Notes: generated by a model not told the origin, from the letters alone. A stretch of DNA of 64,000 nucleotides from an uncultured Planctomycetota bacterium (GCA_963841915.1 CAWJEN010000005.1:960001-1024000); one strand, 5' to 3'; counted from the first letter of the stretch, positions 17,295 to 28,208 are shown. Made by a program: numbers and translations.

Positions 17295-20219
17295 ATGGCA
17301 GGCGCGGCAGACGGCAAGTTCATCAAGATCACCGGTGCCCGCGAGCACAATCTCAAGGACATTTCCCTCGAGATCCCGCGCGACAAGCTCACCGTCGTCA
17401 CCGGCCTGTCAGGTAGCGGCAAGAGCACGCTCGCGTTCGACACCGTCTATGCCGAGGGCCAGCGGAAGTACATGGAATCGCTGTCGGCCTATGCCCGGCA
17501 GTTCCTCGATCAGCTGCAGAAGCCCGACCTCGACGACATCGAAGGGTTGCCACCGACAATCGCGATCGAGCAGCGTGGCAGTTCGTCGAACCCGCGATCA
17601 ACGGTCGCAACGACGACGGAGATTTATGACTACCTGCGGTTGCTGTTCGCCCGTGCCGGGACGCCGCACTGCTGGGAGTGCGGCCGCGTGATCCGCGGGC
17701 AGTCGGCGTCGCAGATCGTCGACGACGTCATGACGCTGCCGGAGAAGACAAAGCTGATGATCCTGGCGCCGCTCGTCCGTGGGCAAAAGGGCGAGCACCG
17801 CGAAACCTTTGGGGCGATCGTGAAGCAGGGTTTCGTCCGCGCCCGCGTCGACGGCGACATAATGGACGTCAAAGCCGACGACCCGCCGACGCTGAAGAAG
17901 ACGTTCAAGCACGACGTCGAAGCCGTCGTCGACCGCATCATGCTCAAGCCCGACGCTCGCGGCCGCGTTGCAGAGAGCATCGAGGCGGCGCTACGGCTGA
18001 CGGACGGCAGCGTGATCGTGACCGTTGCCGACGGGGACACCTGGACGGACCGGCTTTACAGCGAGAAGTTTGCCTGCCCCGTCCACCCGCACGTGTCGCT
18101 GAGCGAGCTCGAGCCGCGGCTGTTCAGCTTCAACTCGCCGCACGGTGCGTGCCCCGATTGTCACGGCCTCGGCACGGTGCAGGAGTTCGACGGCGACCTT
18201 GTCATTGCTGATCCTGAGCTGTCGCTTGAAAATGGGGCGATCGAGCCGTGGCGGAAGAACGGCAAGCGGATGAACATCTACTACAGCCGTGTGCTGCGGA
18301 CGTTCTGTCGCGACTTCAAGGCTGATTACTACAAGCCGGTCGGCAAGATCGATAAGAAGGTGCTGACGGTGCTCCTGCAAGGCACCGCCGCGGCAGGTGA
18401 CCTTGGGACGGGCACGTACTTCGAAGGCGTGCTGCCGAACCTGCAGCGCAGGTTCGAAGATACCGAAAGCGACTGGGTCAAGCACCGCCTGGCCAGCTAC
18501 ATGAGCGAGACGGCCTGCCCGACGTGCCAAGGCAAGCGGCTTCGCCCCGAGGCATTGGCCGTGCGGATCGAAACCGGCGACGGCCGCAAGGACGGCAACC
18601 TCGTCGGCTACTCCATCCACGACGTGACGACCATGAACGTCACCGACGGCCTCAAGTTCTTCGGAGACCTGACGCTATCGAGCGAAGGCGAAGCTATCGC
18701 AGGCCCCATCCGTCGCGAGGTCACCAACCGCCTCGGCTTCCTGCACGACGTCGGCCTGGGCTATCTCGATCTCAATCGAAAGACCGGCTCGCTCTCAGGC
18801 GGTGAAGCGCAACGCATCCGCCTGGCCACCCAGGTCGGCTCCAAACTCGTCGGCGTCTGCTACGTCCTCGACGAACCGACCATCGGCCTGCACCAACGCG
18901 ACAATGACCGCCTCATCAAGACACTCCTCAAGCTTCGCGACATCGGCAACACCGTGCTCATGGTCGAGCACGACGAAGATTGCATCCGCGCCGCCGATCA
19001 CCTCATCGACATCGGCCCCGGTGCCGGTAGTCACGGCGGCAACGTCATCGCCCAGGGTGACATGCCGGCCGTTCTCAAGCAGAACAAGTCGCTCACGATC
19101 CAGTTTCTCAACGGCCGCGAGACGATCGACACCCCCGAGCAGCGTCGCAAGCTCGACAAGAAAAACTGCATCGAGCTCAAAGGCGCTGGCGCAAACAACC
19201 TGAGCGACGTGAGCGTCAAGTTCCCGCTGGGCGGGTTCGTCTGTGTCACCGGCGTCTCGGGCAGCGGAAAGTCAACGCTCGTCAACCAGACGCTGCTGCC
19301 GGCCATGAAGCGGAAGATCTACGGCAGTCGCACCAAACCCGGTCAGCACAAGAGCATCGCCGGCTGCTCGAAGATCGACAAGATTATCGAGATCGACCAG
19401 TCCCCGATCGGCCGCACGCCACGCTCCAACGCTGCAACGTATACCGGCTGCTTCGACGAGATCCGCAAGCTCTTCAGCCAGACCCGCGAGAGCAAGCTCC
19501 GCGGCTACAAGCCCGGCCGATTCAGCTTCAACGTCAAAGGCGGTCGGTGCGAGTCGTGTCAGGGCCAGGGCACCAAGCTCATCGAGATGCACTTCCTGCC
19601 TGATGTCTACGTCGAGTGCGAAGCCTGTCGCGGCAAGCGGTATAACCCTGAGACGCTCACCGTCCACTATCGCGGCAAGACCGTCGCAGATGTCCTGGCG
19701 ATGACGGTCGAAGAGGCCAAGGACTTCTTTGCCAACATCCCGGGCGTCTGGCGGATGACCAAAGCGCTCTACGACGTCGGCCTCGGTTACGTCAAGCTCG
19801 GTCAGCCCTCGACCCAGCTCTCCGGCGGCGAGGCACAACGCGTCAAGCTCGCCAGCGAACTCGGCAAGAATGCCACCGGCCACACGTTCTACGTCCTCGA
19901 CGAACCGACCACCGGCTTGCACTTCGAAGACATCCGCAAGCTCCTTGGCGTCCTGCAGCGCCTCTGTGACCACGGCAACACAGTGCTCGTCATCGAGCAC
20001 AACCTGGACGTCATCAAATGCGCCGACTGGCTCATCGACATGGGCCCAGAAGGCGGCAGTGGCGGCGGCACCGTTGTCGCCCAGGGCACACCCGAAGACG
20101 TCGCCAAGGTTCAAGGCAGTCACACCGCCGAGTACCTCGCGCCGAAGCTGGCGCCGAAGCCACCCCCGACGGTGAGGCCGGTTAAGCCGAAGCGATCGAA
20201 GGCAAAAGTTGCCGCTTGA
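17295..20219 (+). CDS. uvrA: Excinuclease ABC subunit A
   Basis: GAREHNLK, two Walker A motifs ([16 protein letters not shown]), LSGGEAQR x2, Zn fingers. Confidence 0.98.
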   Translation: MAGAADGKFIKITGAREHNLKDISLEIPRDKLTVVTGLSGSGKSTLAFDTVYAEGQRKYMESLSAYARQFLDQLQKPDLDDIEGLPPTIAIEQRGSSSNPRSTVATTTEIYDYLRLLFARAGTPHCWECGRVIRGQSASQIVDDVMTLPEKTKLMILAPLVRGQKGEHRETFGAIVKQGFVRARVDGDIMDVKADDPPTLKKTFKHDVEAVVDRIMLKPDARGRVAESIEAALRLTDGSVIVTVADGDTWTDRLYSEKFACPVHPHVSLSELEPRLFSFNSPHGACPDCHGLGTVQEFDGDLVIADPELSLENGAIEPWRKNGKRMNIYYSRVLRTFCRDFKADYYKPVGKIDKKVLTVLLQGTAAAGDLGTGTYFEGVLPNLQRRFEDTESDWVKHRLASYMSETACPTCQGKRLRPEALAVRIETGDGRKDGNLVGYSIHDVTTMNVTDGLKFFGDLTLSSEGEAIAGPIRREVTNRLGFLHDVGLGYLDLNRKTGSLSGGEAQRIRLATQVGSKLVGVCYVLDEPTIGLHQRDNDRLIKTLLKLRDIGNTVLMVEHDEDCIRAADHLIDIGPGAGSHGGNVIAQGDMPAVLKQNKSLTIQFLNGRETIDTPEQRRKLDKKNCIELKGAGANNLSDVSVKFPLGGFVCVTGVSGSGKSTLVNQTLLPAMKRKIYGSRTKPGQHKSIAGCSKIDKIIEIDQSPIGRTPRSNAATYTGCFDEIRKLFSQTRESKLRGYKPGRFSFNVKGGRCESCQGQGTKLIEMHFLPDVYVECEACRGKRYNPETLTVHYRGKTVADVLAMTVEEAKDFFANIPGVWRMTKALYDVGLGYVKLGQPSTQLSGGEAQRVKLASELGKNATGHTFYVLDEPTTGLHFEDIRKLLGVLQRLCDHGNTVLVIEHNLDVIKCADWLIDMGPEGGSGGGTVVAQGTPEDVAKVQGSHTAEYLAPKLAPKPPPTVRPVKPKRSKAKVAA

Positions 20220-20236
20220 AGCTTAGAGTGAGACTG

Positions 20237-20452
20237 ATGCCCTACGTCAACATCAAGATCACCAAGTCGAACGTCTCGCGTGAGCAGAAGGCCAAGCTCG
20301 TTAGCGGTGTCACGGACCTGCTCGTCGACACGCTCGGCAAGAAGCCGGAGCACATCCACGTGGTCCTCGACCTCGTGGAGGAAGAAGATTGGGGCTTTGC
20401 GGGTCAATTGACCGATGATCTGCGACGATCTGCGGCTAAAGTCGATGCATGA
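20237..20452 (+). CDS. 4-oxalocrotonate tautomerase family protein
   Basis: Catalytic Pro1 (MPYVNIKI), EQKAKLV, WGFAG. Confidence 0.9.
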   Translation: MPYVNIKITKSNVSREQKAKLVSGVTDLLVDTLGKKPEHIHVVLDLVEEEDWGFAGQLTDDLRRSAAKVDA

Positions 20453-21093
20453 ACATCGCTTTTATCGGCTACGGCTCCATGACCAAGGCCCTTGCCCCAC
20501 GCTTCAAGACGGCGGGACATGATGTCTTCCTCGGCGGTCACAATCCGGGTAAGGCCAAGGCTGCGGCGGATGTCATCGGGGCGAGCGGGTCGGGTGATAC
20601 GAAGGACGCGGTCGCATTCGGAAAGGTGATCGTCTTGGCGACGCCGCACGACAAGGTGGACGACGCCATCGGCGATGCAGGCGGGCCGTCGGCGTTTGCG
20701 GGCAAGGTGGTGGTCGACATCAACAACCCCGTACCCGGCTACGCCGACCGAGATTTCACCGTCGTCACCTACGACGGCAAGAGCCTCGCCGAAGCCATTG
20801 CCGACAAGCTGCCGGATGCTGAAGTGTGTAAGGCGTTCAATTGCTGTCAGGCAGATGTGTGGACGATGGATCCGCCTCTGTTCGACGGCCGAAAGCTCGT
20901 GACGATGACGTGTGCGAATGGCGAGCGGGCTCGCAGCGTGGCAAAGCAACTGGTCGAAGCCACCGGCGGTGAGCCTCTCGACCTCGGCGACCTCAAGTAC
21001 GCCCGCAAGCTCGAAGCGATGGCCGGCATTGTCATCCAGCTGCTCTTCAGCGGGCGCGACACCAAGACCGTGCTCAACCTCGTAACTGCGTGA
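20449..21093 (+). CDS. NADPH-dependent F420 reductase-like oxidoreductase
   Basis: IGYGSM, GKVVVDINNP, KAFN, DLGDLKYARKLE; ATGA overlap with the tautomerase. Confidence 0.85.
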   Translation: MNIAFIGYGSMTKALAPRFKTAGHDVFLGGHNPGKAKAAADVIGASGSGDTKDAVAFGKVIVLATPHDKVDDAIGDAGGPSAFAGKVVVDINNPVPGYADRDFTVVTYDGKSLAEAIADKLPDAEVCKAFNCCQADVWTMDPPLFDGRKLVTMTCANGERARSVAKQLVEATGGEPLDLGDLKYARKLEAMAGIVIQLLFSGRDTKTVLNLVTA

Positions 21094-21109
21094 GGTTCCA
21101 CGTGGAACT
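21094..21109. promoter_or_regulatory. parS site
   Basis: gGTTCCACGTGGAACt immediately after the stop at 21093. Confidence 0.85.
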
Positions 21110-21151
21110 TTGAGTCTTCTGGAGGAGCGACGCGTCGTAGGCTGCTCCGCC

Positions 21152-22978
21152 GTGAAACCTCCGCCCATTCCTTCGACCCACGACGACCGCCCGAGCTCTG
21201 CCTTCGGCCTCGACTTCCGCCCGCGAGGCGAGGTCCACGCATCGCCCCACGACTGGCGAGACCTCGTCTGCTACCAAGTCGTTCTCGACCGCTTCGACGA
21301 CGGACAGGATCACCCAAGCTACAACGTCGAGACGACGAAAACGGGTCGCGACGAAGATCAGAGCTGGCACTTCCAGGGCGGCACCATCAAGGGGCTGCAC
21401 CGTCGGCTCGACTACATCCGCGGGCTCGGAGCAACGGCCATCTGGCTCAGCTGCCCGCTCAAGCAACGGGCCGGTGAGCAGACTTACCACGGCTACGCGA
21501 TTCAGGACTTTCTGGACATCGACCCGCGATTCGGGACAACGGCGGAGCTTGCTGATCTGGTCAAGGCCGCCCACGAGCTTGGCATGTACGTCATCCTCGA
21601 TGTGGTCATCGACCACGCGGCCGACGTCTTCAGCTACGAAGAAGGGCACGACGTCATGTACGACGGCGGCAAGCTCTACACGATGTCGAGCTTCTACGAT
21701 GGCGGTGACAAGGACCCGGGCGATTTCGGGCGTGATGATGCGGTTTGGCCGGTCGAGTTTCAGCAGGAGCGGGCGTGGGTCAGGCAGGGGCCGATGGACC
21801 CGATGAGTGCGACCGCTGCCGAGGCCAAGGACGGCGACTTCATGTCGCTCAAGAAGATCAACCTTCAGGACCCGCAGACATTGGCGGCCGTCGTCGCCTG
21901 CTACAAGTACTGGATCGCCGTCGCCGACGTCGACGGCTTTCGCATCGACGCGCTGCGTCATGTGCGACACCCGGCGGCGAGCGACTTCGTGCACGCCATC
22001 CGGGAGTTTGCCCTATCCATCGGCAAGGTCAACTTCCTGCAGGTCGGCGAAGTGGCCGACACCGACGAAGAAATGCGTCGCTACATCGGCACGAACGTCG
22101 AACTCATCGTCGCCGGTGACCACGACCTGTCCAGCGACCCTGACGAGACCGGTGACTACCCGCGCCTCGACGCCGTCATCGACTTCGAGCTGCACCGTCA
22201 GCTCATCCCGGTGCTGCTGGGCGAGCGACCGGCAACCGACTACGGCGGGTTGCTCAAGCGACGCGACCACTACTACCGCGACTACGGCAGAAGCGGCCGG
22301 TACTACCTCAGCTACCTCGAGAATCACGACGAAGGTGCCCGCGACCGGCACCGCCTGCTGGCAGGCAGCTACGACCAGACGCAACCCGGCTACGAGCGGC
22401 CTGGCGGTGACCCGCGACTGGGCGTGATGGCCAGCACCGTTCTGCTGTGCAGCATGGGCATTCCGTGCTTGTACTACGGCACCGAGCAGGGCTTTGACGG
22501 CGGGTCGAGTGAGCGCGACACGCACGTCCGCGAAGCCATGTTCGGCGGCCAGTGGGGGCCGTTCGACACGACCGGTGCCAGCTTCTTCGACGAGACGCAC
22601 CCGATCTACCAAGGCATCGCTAAGGCGTGCCAGGTGCGGGCCAGTGAGCCGACCCTGCGATATGGCCGGGCGTACCTCAGGCCCATCAGCGGCGACGGCA
22701 AGTCGTTCGGCATCCCGAAGCACAAGGGCGCTTTTGCCTTTGCCCGCGTGCTCGACGTGACCGAGATCGTCATTGCCGCCAACCCGTCGCTGGGTGATGC
22801 GGTCGGTCTCTGCGTCGGGGTCGATGCCAATCTCAATCCGCCCGGCTGGAAGATGCGCGACACGCTGCACCCGGACGGCAAGCGTTACACGATCGAGCAG
22901 AACAAGAAGGGGCAGGCCTTTGTCCGCCTCGACCTTGAGGCCCGCGGCGTCGCGGTGCTGCGGCTGAGCCTGAATTGA
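21152..22978 (+). CDS. GH13 alpha-amylase family glycoside hydrolase
   Basis: YQVVLDRF, YHGY, DVVIDH, DGFRIDALRH, GEV, ENHD, YYGTEQ; start uncertain (GTG 21152). Confidence 0.9.
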   Translation: MKPPPIPSTHDDRPSSAFGLDFRPRGEVHASPHDWRDLVCYQVVLDRFDDGQDHPSYNVETTKTGRDEDQSWHFQGGTIKGLHRRLDYIRGLGATAIWLSCPLKQRAGEQTYHGYAIQDFLDIDPRFGTTAELADLVKAAHELGMYVILDVVIDHAADVFSYEEGHDVMYDGGKLYTMSSFYDGGDKDPGDFGRDDAVWPVEFQQERAWVRQGPMDPMSATAAEAKDGDFMSLKKINLQDPQTLAAVVACYKYWIAVADVDGFRIDALRHVRHPAASDFVHAIREFALSIGKVNFLQVGEVADTDEEMRRYIGTNVELIVAGDHDLSSDPDETGDYPRLDAVIDFELHRQLIPVLLGERPATDYGGLLKRRDHYYRDYGRSGRYYLSYLENHDEGARDRHRLLAGSYDQTQPGYERPGGDPRLGVMASTVLLCSMGIPCLYYGTEQGFDGGSSERDTHVREAMFGGQWGPFDTTGASFFDETHPIYQGIAKACQVRASEPTLRYGRAYLRPISGDGKSFGIPKHKGAFAFARVLDVTEIVIAANPSLGDAVGLCVGVDANLNPPGWKMRDTLHPDGKRYTIEQNKKGQAFVRLDLEARGVAVLRLSLN

Positions 22979-23047
22979 CGTCAACGCGCTGCGCCGCGGC
23001 GGCCAAGCGGGCTCGGCGGTGGTGGCGGGGTCGTCGGCGGGCTCAAT

Positions 23048-23063
23048 TGTTCCACGTGGAACA
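23048..23063. promoter_or_regulatory. parS site
   Basis: Perfect TGTTCCACGTGGAACA. Confidence 0.92.
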
Positions 23064-23113
23064 TCGCCAACCGTCGCCGCGGGCTCTCAGCGACGGTCGG
23101 CAACGTCGGCAAA

Positions 23114-23129
23114 TGTTCCACGTGGAACA
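23114..23129. promoter_or_regulatory. parS site
   Basis: Perfect TGTTCCACGTGGAACA within the 22-bp palindrome aaatgttccacgtggaacattt. Confidence 0.92.
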
Positions 23130-23369
23130 TTTTGCCTCCGCCGCTGCGTCGGCGGGTCGTCCATACTGCTGAAGGGGTACGGGCGGATTTACGGATCGAG
23201 TGCTGACGTCTGCGCTTGGTGTCGTGCCGGCAGCGAGCCGATGCGCATTGCGCCGCCGCGGCCGCCTTTGCGCTTCAAACCAGGTTGCACGTTCCTTGTC
23301 GTCATCCCTCGGCTGCGCTGGGGATAACGGCCCGGTCTGGTCCGAATGTTGCGTAGGAAGCAGGCTGCT

Positions 23370-24935
23370 TTATTTCGGGTCGAGCCGCGGGAACAGCGGC
23401 TCGCCGCCACCGAGCTGGTGGCCGGGCGTCGGCGGGGACTGCATCAAATCGTCAAGCGTCCTGCCGCCGACGTCGACACCCATCTGCGTCAGTCCCGCCG
23501 TCGCCTTCTCCGGCAGGATCGGCAAGAGCGCCACGAGCGCGCGGTAGGCCATCGTCGTCGCCGTCGCCAGCACCGCATCGAGCCGGGCCGCCTGCTGCTC
23601 GTCCTTGGCGAGCTTGAACGGCTCGGTCTGATCGATGTAAACGTTCATCGCTCGCGCCAGCTCGATCGGCAGCGTGGCCGCGTCCTGAAGACGAAGCTCT
23701 GCCCACGCCCTTGCCATGTCATCGGCGATCGCGTGACTCGCGGCCAGCGCGTCATCGTCCTGCTGCGTCGCCCCGGGCGTGCGGTCTGGCACAAGGCCGT
23801 CGCGGTATTTGCCGGTCATCTTGATGACGCGGTTGAGCCCGTTACCCAGCACGTTGGCCAGCTCGGCGTAGCTCTTCTTGAGTCCGTCGTCGGTCCAGTC
23901 GAGGTCGCTGCCGAATGGTGCTGCCCGGAGCATGTGGAACCGAATGGCGTCCCAGCCGATCTCGTCTGCCGCGGTGTCGAGTGTGGCCGTGTCGATGAAG
24001 TTACCAAGCGTTTTGCTCATCTTCTTACCGCCGCTCGTCCACCAGCCGTGCGCGTAGACGCACGTCGGTGGCCGCTCGCCCAGCGCCATCAGCAGGCAAG
24101 GCCAGTAGACCGTGTGGAACCACAGAATGTCCTTACCGATCAGGTGCACGTCGCAAGGCCAGAACGTCTTGTACTTGCTGTCGTCGTCGCTCTTGAAGCC
24201 GAGGGCACTTGCGTAGTTCGTCAGTGCGTCGACCCACACGTAGGCCACGTGCTTCGGATCGTTCGGCAGCGGCACGCCCCAGTCGAAGGTGCTTCGGCTG
24301 ATCGACAAGTCGCCGATCGTCTCGTCTTTGAGCCCCATCCGCAGTTTGCTCAGCACCTCGTTGTACCGAGCCTCCGGGCGGATCGCCCCGGGGTTCTGCT
24401 CGTAGTACTCGACGAGCTTGGGCAGGTACTTCGAGAGGCGGAAGAAGTAGCTGGCCTCTTCGTACTTCTCGAGGTCGCGGCCGCTGACGGGGCTCTTGAA
24501 GTCGCTGGCCTTGGCGTCGGTTTCGCTGACAAAGGCCTCTTCGCCTGCGTCGTACCAGCCGCTGTAGCTGCCGAGGTAGATGTCGTCGGAGGCGAGTAGT
24601 TGCTCGAGCACGCGGGTAACCGCCTGCTTGTGCCGCGGCTGTGTCGTGCGGATGAAGTCGTCGTTCGTGAGGTTGAGCTTGTCGTCGAAATAGGCCTGGA
24701 ACGCACCGGCCATGTCGTCGACGAGCTGTTGCGGCGTGATACCGCGGGCTTCTGCTTCGCGAGCGATCTTCTGGCCATGCTCGTCGGTGCCGGTGAGGAA
24801 GAACGTGTCGTCGCCTGCGAGCCGGTGGAAGCGTGCGACACTGTCTGCCGCCAGTGACGTGTAGACGTGCCCGATGTGCGGCTCGCCGTTGGTGTAGTAG
24901 ATCGGGGTCGTGATATAAAACGTGCCGTCAGCCAT
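23370..24935 (-). CDS. metG: Methionine--tRNA ligase (short form)
   Basis: FYITTPIYY, HIGH, GTDEHG, YVWVDAL, IGKDI, KMSKT, ends LFPRL. Confidence 0.97.
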   Translation of the reverse strand: MADGTFYITTPIYYTNGEPHIGHVYTSLAADSVARFHRLAGDDTFFLTGTDEHGQKIAREAEARGITPQQLVDDMAGAFQAYFDDKLNLTNDDFIRTTQPRHKQAVTRVLEQLLASDDIYLGSYSGWYDAGEEAFVSETDAKASDFKSPVSGRDLEKYEEASYFFRLSKYLPKLVEYYEQNPGAIRPEARYNEVLSKLRMGLKDETIGDLSISRSTFDWGVPLPNDPKHVAYVWVDALTNYASALGFKSDDDSKYKTFWPCDVHLIGKDILWFHTVYWPCLLMALGERPPTCVYAHGWWTSGGKKMSKTLGNFIDTATLDTAADEIGWDAIRFHMLRAAPFGSDLDWTDDGLKKSYAELANVLGNGLNRVIKMTGKYRDGLVPDRTPGATQQDDDALAASHAIADDMARAWAELRLQDAATLPIELARAMNVYIDQTEPFKLAKDEQQAARLDAVLATATTMAYRALVALLPILPEKATAGLTQMGVDVGGRTLDDLMQSPPTPGHQLGGGEPLFPRLDPK

Positions 24936-25052
24936 CGCGAGGCGAGGGTAGCCGACCGGCGGCCTCGGGTGAGGCCCGGGGTGCTCGTCAAGCGGAGAGG
25001 GCACTCAACATGCCGCGGCCGTGGGTGAAGCGGGGAGCCGCTATTGTGCGAT

Positions 25053-27056
25053 GTGCTGGCAGCATGGCCGCTTGTGTTCGAGACGCCTTGGGTCGGCAGC
25101 CTGGCGGGAGCGGTGGCTTTGGGCTTGCTCGTCTATCGCCTGTGGCGGTTCGCCATCGTCGCAAGTTGTTTTGCCATCGCGGCGGCGTCACCGGTGTGGC
25201 TCGACGCGGCACCGCCGCGGATCGCGGTTTACGTCGATCTGTCGCCCAGCACGCGAACCGCCTTCTGGCGGGACCCGCAGACGCTGAGCCGGGTGCTTGC
25301 TGCATTTCCCGGTGAGCCGGAGCTGTTCGTCTTTGGCGAGGTGGCGATGCGGACCGGCATCGAGGTGTACGACGGTGGCGACCTGATGGCGGAGCAAACG
25401 AAGCTCGACATCAACGTCGACGCCGACGCGGCCGTCGTGCTGACAGACGGTCGTCTCGACCTGACGACGGTGCTGCCGACAAGCTTCCTCATTGATCCCG
25501 CGCTCGACGCACCCGGCGATGCGGCGGCGATGTCGCTGGAGCGAGACGGCCGTCGCGTCCTGCGGACGTGGCGAGAGAACGGCCGCGAGCTCATGCAGGT
25601 CACCGAAAGCGATGACCCACTCGCGGTCGGCGGCGATGACGCCTGGCCGGAGAACGATCGGCTGCAACTACCACCGCCACCACCAGACGGCGGACGACGC
25701 GTCATCTTCGGCAGCACGCTGCCCAGCTTCGTCACGTTGTCTTCAGCAACGTTTCCCGACCTGGCATCGGCTGACGTGGTCGTGCTGACCACCGGCGAGC
25801 TGGACCGCCAGACGGCGCAGGCGATCCGGCGATACGTGACCGATCTCGGCGGAAGCCTGGTGTTGGCGACGACGGACCTGCCGCCGACGGCGTTGGAAGC
25901 TTTGCTGCCGTTGTCGTTCGTGCCACCGGGCCCGTCGGGCCGTTGGGCGTTTTTGCTTGACGCGAGCGGGAGCATGCGTGACACGTGGCCGGCGGTGCGG
26001 CGGGCGACGCTGGCCGCCGCCGAGGCATTGCCGAAGAACGCACGCGTCGACTTGGCGATGTTCTCGGCCGACGTGACGTGGCTGGCGCGGGACGCGCAGG
26101 CGACGGAGCTGCCGACGTTGCCTGATGCGACGGGCGGGCCAACCAACTTGGCGGCGGCGGTCGATGCGGTGGCCGGGCCAAGGCAGGTGCTCGTGGTGAC
26201 CGACGCCGCCGCAGAGGTCGCTCAGGAGGTGATCGATCGGGCGGTCAACGCGGCGGTGCTCGTCCACGTGCTCCACACGGGCGACGCGGTGTCGCCATCG
26301 GTGCGAAGGCTCGTAGAGCAGACCGGCGGCACGCTCACCATTGAACCCGACGAGGCGGCGTGGCGTGACGCGGCTCGACGCCTGACACGCAACGCCTCGG
26401 CCGGCGCGATACGCGACACACCCGCGACGTTGACCCTCGACGATGTCGCGATCGAGGTCACCCGCTGGCGACAGGCGTGGGCGACGACGCGGGCGACGGT
26501 GCTGTGCGACGAACCCGCTGCGGCGTCGGTGCGGGTCGGTGCCGGCAGCGTGGTCGCGGTCGCGGCATCGCTGCCGACCGATGCGCTGCAACGCATCGCC
26601 GACGCCAATGCGTCGCAACCGGCCGGGGAGTACGACGTCCGCTGGTCAGATACGGGCGTGCTAACGGTCGAAGTCTTCGACGGCCCGGGCCGGTTCGTGC
26701 TCGTGCACGGCGACGAGCGGATCGACGCCGAGCAGGTTTCGCTGACGCATTGGCGTGCCACGCTTGCCGGCCGTCGGGAGGCGACCATTGCGGCGGTGCT
26801 GTACGGCGACGAGGTGCTGAGTCGTCAGCCGACGGCCGACCGCTATGCGAGCGAATTCGACGTGATCGGCAATGCCAGGGAGCGGCTTGCTGGGCTTGCA
26901 GACGCGGCCGGTGGCGCGGTGGTTGCCGATGTGTCACAACTGCGACACGAAGGCAGGCCGCGACGACGTCCGTTGGGGTGGCTGTTTTTGTTGCTGGCAG
27001 GTGTGTCGGCCGTTGCGTTGGCAGAACAACTTCGCCGTGGCGGCCGAGTGACCTGA
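25053..27056 (+). CDS. Membrane-anchored vWA domain protein
   Basis: N-terminal TM segments, MIDAS-like VDLSPS and LLDASGSM, GPTNL, VVTD, C-terminal TM; start uncertain. Confidence 0.75.
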   Translation: MLAAWPLVFETPWVGSLAGAVALGLLVYRLWRFAIVASCFAIAAASPVWLDAAPPRIAVYVDLSPSTRTAFWRDPQTLSRVLAAFPGEPELFVFGEVAMRTGIEVYDGGDLMAEQTKLDINVDADAAVVLTDGRLDLTTVLPTSFLIDPALDAPGDAAAMSLERDGRRVLRTWRENGRELMQVTESDDPLAVGGDDAWPENDRLQLPPPPPDGGRRVIFGSTLPSFVTLSSATFPDLASADVVVLTTGELDRQTAQAIRRYVTDLGGSLVLATTDLPPTALEALLPLSFVPPGPSGRWAFLLDASGSMRDTWPAVRRATLAAAEALPKNARVDLAMFSADVTWLARDAQATELPTLPDATGGPTNLAAAVDAVAGPRQVLVVTDAAAEVAQEVIDRAVNAAVLVHVLHTGDAVSPSVRRLVEQTGGTLTIEPDEAAWRDAARRLTRNASAGAIRDTPATLTLDDVAIEVTRWRQAWATTRATVLCDEPAAASVRVGAGSVVAVAASLPTDALQRIADANASQPAGEYDVRWSDTGVLTVEVFDGPGRFVLVHGDERIDAEQVSLTHWRATLAGRREATIAAVLYGDEVLSRQPTADRYASEFDVIGNARERLAGLADAAGGAVVADVSQLRHEGRPRRRPLGWLFLLLAGVSAVALAEQLRRGGRVT

Positions 27057-27129
27057 TGGACCCATCCGGGATCGAACCGGAAACCTCTGCCTTGCAAAAG
27101 CAGCGCTCTCCCAATTGAGCTATGGGCCC
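27057..27129 (-). tRNA. tRNA-Ala(TGC)
   Basis: GGGCCCATAGCTCAATTGGGAGAGCGCTGCTTTTGCAAGGCAGAGGTTTCCGGTTCGATCCCGGATGGGTCCA; G3:U70 pair; no CCA. Confidence 0.96.
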
Positions 27130-27250
27130 GCGTCGCCGTCCGAGGTCGGTGGCGGGGCGGGCAGTCTACCCGCGCCAAGTGGCCGCGTCAGCAGGGCGTA
27201 TGGCGCGCGCCTGTTGCGACTTCTTGGCGACCTCATTTTCTTGCAACGAG

Positions 27251-27266
27251 TGGCCACGCGATTGCT
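27251..27266 (+). promoter_or_regulatory. Candidate sigma-54 (-24/-12) promoter
   Basis: TGGCCACGCGATTGCT has exact GG-N10-GC spacing with TGGC and TTGCW, 85 nt upstream of ATG 27351. Confidence 0.5.
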
Positions 27267-27350
27267 CTACCGCTATCGCCTGCCTCTTCGGCCTGACCAG
27301 CCGCATCTCGCACCGCTGACCTGCCCGCACTGAGTTTATCGACCGCCGCC

Positions 27351-28208
27351 ATGACTGTTGCTGTTCAACCACCCGTTCGACCGCTGGATCGTGCTCTTGT
27401 ACCGCTGAGTCCGTTCACGAGCACGCTCGGCGGTTGTTACGTTCGCCAAGGCGGCAAGCTCGTCAAACTCAGCGGTGGGGCGGACAACGCTGTCGGCCTG
27501 CGGGCGGCGGCAGTCGATGGGGCGTTTCGCGGCATCGCCGGTGACCCGGCGTTTCCGTGCGTCGGGGCCAAGTCTGCCGTGAATCTGGCGTCCTATCGCG
27601 TCGGGGTCTACGACACGCTCGGCTCAGAAGATGCGACGCAAGGACTTTGCCGGGATCTGTGGCAGTTCGGCCAGGAGTTCGACCAGGTCGACGGCAACTT
27701 CGCGACGTTCCTGGCGACGTTCGACGGGCCGGCCGCGCTGGACGAGCAGACGTTCGAGGACCTGTTTTGGCAGCAACTTCAACGTCTTCACGATGCTGAC
27801 GCGCAGCTACACGCGTGGGACGCGGCCGTCAGCAGCGACCCGGCTGATGATCACTTTTCATTCAGCTTCGGCGGAAGGGCGTTCTTTTTGGTCGGCCTGC
27901 ACCCGTCGGCCAGCCGCATCGCCAGGCGATTTCCCTACCCGGCCATCGCCTTTAATGTGCACGAGCAATTCGAACGCCTGCGTGAAGAGGGCAAGATGGA
28001 CCGCATGAAGCAGGTTATTCGGCAAAAGGACAAGCAGCTTCAGGGCGAGGTCAATCCGGTGCTCCGTGACTTTGGCGACGGAAGTGAGGCCCGCCAGTAC
28101 AGCGGCCGGGCGGTGGAAGATGACTGGACGGCTCCCTTCACATCGCATCCAAAGCCGGCCGGTTCGAGATGCCCGTTCCAACGACTGATGAAGTGGGGCC
28201 GTTCTTGA
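27351..28208 (+). CDS. YqcI/YcgG family (GntA/DcsA-like) heme-dependent guanidino N-hydroxylase
   Basis: FPCVGA, LWQQLQRLH-like segment, SSDP..HFSFSFGG.AFF.VGLHP..SR.ARRF, AFN.HEQFE.LR, SEARQYSGR. Confidence 0.85.
   Translation: MTVAVQPPVRPLDRALVPLSPFTSTLGGCYVRQGGKLVKLSGGADNAVGLRAAAVDGAFRGIAGDPAFPCVGAKSAVNLASYRVGVYDTLGSEDATQGLCRDLWQFGQEFDQVDGNFATFLATFDGPAALDEQTFEDLFWQQLQRLHDADAQLHAWDAAVSSDPADDHFSFSFGGRAFFLVGLHPSASRIARRFPYPAIAFNVHEQFERLREEGKMDRMKQVIRQKDKQLQGEVNPVLRDFGDGSEARQYSGRAVEDDWTAPFTSHPKPAGSRCPFQRLMKWGRS

Larger units (their letters stand above)
22990..23274 (-). repeat. Paired-parS intergenic cassette, copy 2
   Basis: Reverse complement shares the blocks of 2762-3055 in the same order. 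Confidence 0.85.

Noticed and set aside
27130..27350. Guanidine riboswitch upstream of the YqcI/DUF1989 genes
   Set aside because: No twin ACGR hairpins or ykkC-type conserved tail recognisable by eye; needs Infernal to exclude fully.
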